The notes under the pieces were generated by a model. That model was not told the origin of the DNA. It saw only the letters and a list, made by a program, of their open reading frames with translations, and did no database searches. A stretch of DNA of 64,000 nucleotides, from assembly GCF_963921235.1 (NCBI RefSeq), contig NC_086097.1, positions 55,368,001 to 55,432,000 of the forward strand. The letters are read 5' to 3'. The position numbers and the translations under genes were made by a program. Of this stretch, positions 59,902-64,000 are shown piece by piece. Position 1 is the first letter of the stretch. Every line of letters begins with the position of its first letter. The stretch is from Mobula hypostoma (Eukaryota).

Positions 59902-61301
59902 TTCATCTACTTTTCTCAGGTCTTGTCTTGTATTACCTGTATATTTTCGGCAGTACAATTTTTAGTTATGATTTACAAACAAGAACGTTTATTTCTCGAT
60001 GCTATGCTCAAATGAATTTATGAACTGTCAATATAGTTTTCAGTTGGAGAAATGATAAAGGATTGTATTTTGTTTTTCAATCAGGCAGCAATTTTCTGCA
60101 ATTACGTATGTACAATTAGAAATAGAAATGCAAGATGTTATATTCCTGCAAAAGGTTCACAAAAGTGACCTTCCTACTTGGTTTAATATTCAGATATTCA
60201 GAAGAAGTTAAGTTTCTGCACTTTTCATAGATGCAGACTTAGCTTGTAATTTTTTATAAACCTCTTTAACAGTAGTACGTCTTAGTAACTTTTTCATAAA
60301 TACAATGGTTTTGGCACTAATGTTTAACTTCTACAAGAGCAGAGTTACTTTACTCTTTGTGTTTTAGTTATCATTAGAAATGTTTTCTTTCCTTTAATTT
60401 ATTGTTAGTTGGTTTTTCTTTTCTCTATTTCTTTCTGTACCTGATTTATAATTGATATTCTAACAGGCAGTTCCTGATGTAGACACTGCATAATTATTTA
60501 ATAATTCTTGAATTTGATAAGTTGAGGAAATATGCAGTTTCTTGCCGTGTCATACTTGTCACTGCTGTCATGTCCTGTTAAGAATGTTGTATATATCAGA
60601 TGATTGTTTGACAGGAACACATTATGCAAAACCCCACAGAAAGTTTATGGGAAACCACAGGTCTGCTCGGACTCTTGATGTTTGTGGCTCAGAGCAAAGT
60701 CCAGCACACTGCAGTTCTTAAATGAAAATAGAACTAGAAACTGACAACATTTCTGAATTTTGTGATGTTACTGCCGAAGTATCCATTGAACAAAGTTGGA
60801 ACGGCAATATTAATCACTTCATATGTGATCTTTCAATAAATTGGGAGCTTTGTTTTAATTTAATTTCCTTCATTTATCATTACATGTTCAGCCTCTTTCT
60901 TCCTTTAAAGTTGGTACTGAACTGTCTCACAGCTCTGTGAAATTTAAAGGAACAATATGGAGATAATACAATTTACATGATAGGGGAAAAATGTTTGGAT
61001 GTGGGCCAAATACTGAAGGTTGCAGAACAAATTAATGAGGCGGTTAAGAAAATGCCTAGATATTTGCCGTGTAAAGGGGGTCACTGAATTAAAAAAAATA
61101 TTATATTATGTCTTTACAGTTTATTGTTTAGATCCCATTTGCAGTATTGAGCTGGATTTTGTGGTTGTAATGACAGTAAAAATACCAGTACCAGCAATCA
61201 TACAACCATGTAACTGGCAGTAATTATGTGTAGTTAAGCTAGAAGCTGAAAATTGGTAATGCCCTTTATTTCTTCCCTTCATTAGTCAAGATTATAGAAT
61301 A

Positions 61302-62124
61302 TAGAGGCTCCCAGTTAATTGGGCCATCAGTTAATTGGGGCAGCCGTATTTGGGCCAACTCGTCAAGAACAAAAACTAATCAAGAAAATAGCTGGGGTTC
61401 TCTTCATTTATTTGGGACACTATGCCACTTAATTGGGACAGGAGAGTGTTGCCGAACACTTTCCAACTAACATTAGTCGCGTGCTTTTGTATGCTTGTTA
61501 AACACTACATCATGCTTAGAGCAAACAGTTTCTAAATAGCACCAGTTGCGTGTGTTTGTGTTCAAAAAGCAGTGGTTTTTGTCATAGATACTTAGTGAGA
61601 AATAAGCATTGAGACAATTCAGAACTGTCTTGCTCACTGGGGTTTCAAGCATTCAGGCATAGAGATGCCAGAAATGGTTGGGAGTGAAAATGAAACAATT
61701 TTGCTACTTCATCGAGTTAGGAACTATGAAGAATTTGAAGAGTCGTCTTGAATGTTACAATGAAAATGAAGATTTACAAGATGCGACCATCGAAAGGATT
61801 GTATGAAAGCGGTCTATTATCTGCACGAGTGTCTGTGCTGATTTTGTTAATTTATAGTCAATCAAAGAACATGAATTAATTCCTCTGTTGATAGCTGTAA
61901 GGAACTAATACACAATTTTATAGTACTATGGTAGTATTGATGGTGTTCTAATTTGTTCTGTTTTAATTTAGTTACATAATTTGTTACTGTGTTAAACAGT
62001 GGTTTGTCTTTTTTATACCTTTTTAAGTATTTCCATGAAACTTCAGCAAATTTGAGCAGCTGCTTAATTAGGTCAAAATATACTAGTCTCGATGTGATGT
62101 GCCCCAGTTAACTGGAATCCACTG
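61302..62124 (+). mobile_element. Non-autonomous Tigger/pogo-like element (third copy)
   Basis: Decayed left TIR TAGAGGCTCCCAGTTAATTGGG, right TIR TTAACTGGAATCCACTG-TA; interior collinear with 58474-59232. Confidence 0.85.
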
Positions 62125-62189
62125 TATGAGACCAGGAAGTTGTACCAGAGAGGAATACAATACTAGCTGTATAGCTAGTATCTCTGGTC

Positions 62190-62530
62190 ATTTCTGCAGG
62201 GGAGATGTGGTTGCACAGGGTTGGTGCAGAAGAGATTTACAAGGGTGATACCGGATTGGTTAGGTTGGAATTGTTTTGTCTGGAATAGAAGCTGAGGGGA
62301 GACTGAATTTAGGTGAATTAAAATATGAAATACCTAGTGAGAGTAAATGGAAGGGTAATTAATATTCCCTAGCCCAGGGGTCAAAATTAGAAAGTATTCA
62401 TCCAATATAATTGGTAGGAGGATTAGAGGGAGAATGAAGAATCATGCAGGACACTTGACCAAATTCTGGAAGACAGTAATAGGGCTGGATAGCTTATGTT
62501 GGGTTAAATGCTTTCCATGTTTTAACTTTA
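62190..62530 (+). mobile_element. Degraded CR1 3' fragment
   Basis: GTGCAGAAGAGATTTACAAGGGTGATACCGG (VQKRFTRVIP) and GCTGAGGGGAGACTG (LRGD). Confidence 0.6.
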
Positions 62531-62640
62531 TATGAATCTGTGTTGGATATTTATTGGCAGAATTGTAAGATATTTATGTTGAAAACTAAGCATCTTATGT
62601 CTAAATTTACACCCTGTTGTAAGATTGTTCCTGAGACATA

Positions 62641-64000
62641 TAGTGGCTATAAAAAGTATTCACCTCCCCCCCACCCGAAGTTTTCATGTTTTATTGTTTT
62701 ACAACGTTGAATCACAGTGGATTTAATTTGGCCTTTTTGACACTGATCAACAGAAAAAGTCTCTTTCATGTCAAAGTGAAAATAGATCTCTACAAAGTGA
62801 TCTAAATTAATTATAAATATAAAACCAAAATAATTGATTGCATAAATATTCGCCCCCCCCCCTTTAATATGACACACCAAATAATCACTGGTGCAGGCAA
62901 CTGGTTTTAGAACTCACATAATTAGTTAAATGGAGATTTGTTCTTAGAGACCTATGTGCAGTCAAGGTGTTTCAATTGATTGTAGTAAAAATACACCTGT
63001 ATCTGGAAAGACCAACTGCTGGTGAGTCAGTATGCTGGCAATAACCATGAAAACAAAAGAACACTCAGTGCAACTCTGCGAAAAGGTTATTGAAAAGTAT
63101 AAGTCTGGAGATGGATACAAGAAAATTTCCAAGTCACCGACTATCCTTTTGAATACAGTTAAGTCAGCCATCAAGAAATGGAAAGAATGTGGCACAGCTG
63201 TAAATTTGTTTAGAACAGGCTATCCTCAAAAACTGAGTGACCATGCAAGAAGGGGACTAGTGAGGGTGGTCACCAAGTTACGTGTGCCAACTCTGGAAGA
63301 GTTACAAGCCTGAGTGGCTGATACGTGAGAGACTGTGCATACAACTGTTGCTCGGGCGCTTCACCAGTCGCAGTCTTATGGGAGAGTGGCAAAGGGAAAG
63401 CCATTGTTGAAAAAACTCACATGAATTCTCAGCTAGAGTTTGTCAAGAAGGCATGTGGGAGACTCTGAAGTCAGCTGGAAGAAAGTTCTTTAGTCTGATG
63501 AAACCAAAATCAAGCTTTTTGGCCATCAGACTGAATGCGTAAGCTAAATACCACACATCATCAAAAACTCACCATTCCTTCCGTGAAGTATGGTGGTGGC
63601 TGCATCATGCTGTGAGGATGCCTCACTGCAGCAGGCTGTGGAAGGCTTGTAAAGGTAGAGGCTAAAATAAATGCAGCAAAATACAGGAAAATGCTGGAGG
63701 AAAACCTGATGTAGTCTGCAAGGGAACTGTGATTTGGGAGATTTGTTTTCCAGCAAGACAATGACCACAAGCTTAAAGCCGAGATATGCAAGAATAGCTT
63801 ATAAACAACAAAGTTAATGTCCTGGAGTGGCCAAGTCAGAGCCCAGACCTCAATCCAATTGAGAATTTGTGGCTGGACTTGAAAAGAAGTGTTCACTCAT
63901 GATCCCCATACATCTGACTTGAATAGCTTGAACAGTTTTACAAATAAGAATGTGGAAAATTGCAATGCCCAGATGTGCAAAGTTGATGGAGACTTATCCA
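62641..64000 (+). mobile_element. Tc1-like transposon with inactivated DD34E transposase (ATG at 63047), runs off window end
   Basis: Left TIR (T)AGTGGCTATAAAAAGTATTCACC; MKTKEHS..GDGYKKISK HTH, *SDETK, VKYGGGCIML, FQQDND and [15 protein letters not shown]. There are 101 nt between the second D and the E (34 codons minus a 1-bp deletion). Multiple stops. Confidence 0.93.

Noticed and set aside
60298..60330. TACAATGGT (YNG) as the start of PELI2 exon 2
   Set aside because: No AG acceptor, and it continues FGTN instead of the expected xLPNGDRGRRKSRF. Exon 2 appears to lie beyond the window.

Overview
Eukaryotic, AT-rich, repeat-dense vertebrate DNA. The mix of CR1, Rex/Babar, Tx1, HERO, Neptune-type Penelope, V-SINE and Tc1/Tigger elements points to a cartilaginous fish, probably a ray (inference, not checked). 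The only host coding sequence I recognise is the first coding exon of Pellino-2 (PELI2, 45244-45320, +, MFSSSQEDHSAPTKDPVKYGELIVLG) inside a CpG-island promoter. About 44 kb of upstream intergenic DNA precedes it and about 18.7 kb of intron 1 follows. The long ORFs in the track are transposon remnants or low-complexity artefacts. The most interesting signals are four. (1) A Penelope family carries minimal hammerhead ribozyme motifs, including mini palindromic copies and three sense-strand copies in PELI2 intron 1. (2) A near-complete Penelope has its GIY-YIG motif replaced by a 37-bp piece of the CR1 flank of another Penelope copy about 7.5 kb away. (3) A 74-bp insertion with a target-site duplication (TSD) encodes histone-H3-like MARTKQT but also looks like a retroposed small-RNA 3' end. 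(4) Several multi-layer nested insertions keep their TSDs. I found no clearly new protein-coding system. Family names come from recalled motifs, not database searches, and repeat boundaries without a stated TSD are approximate.
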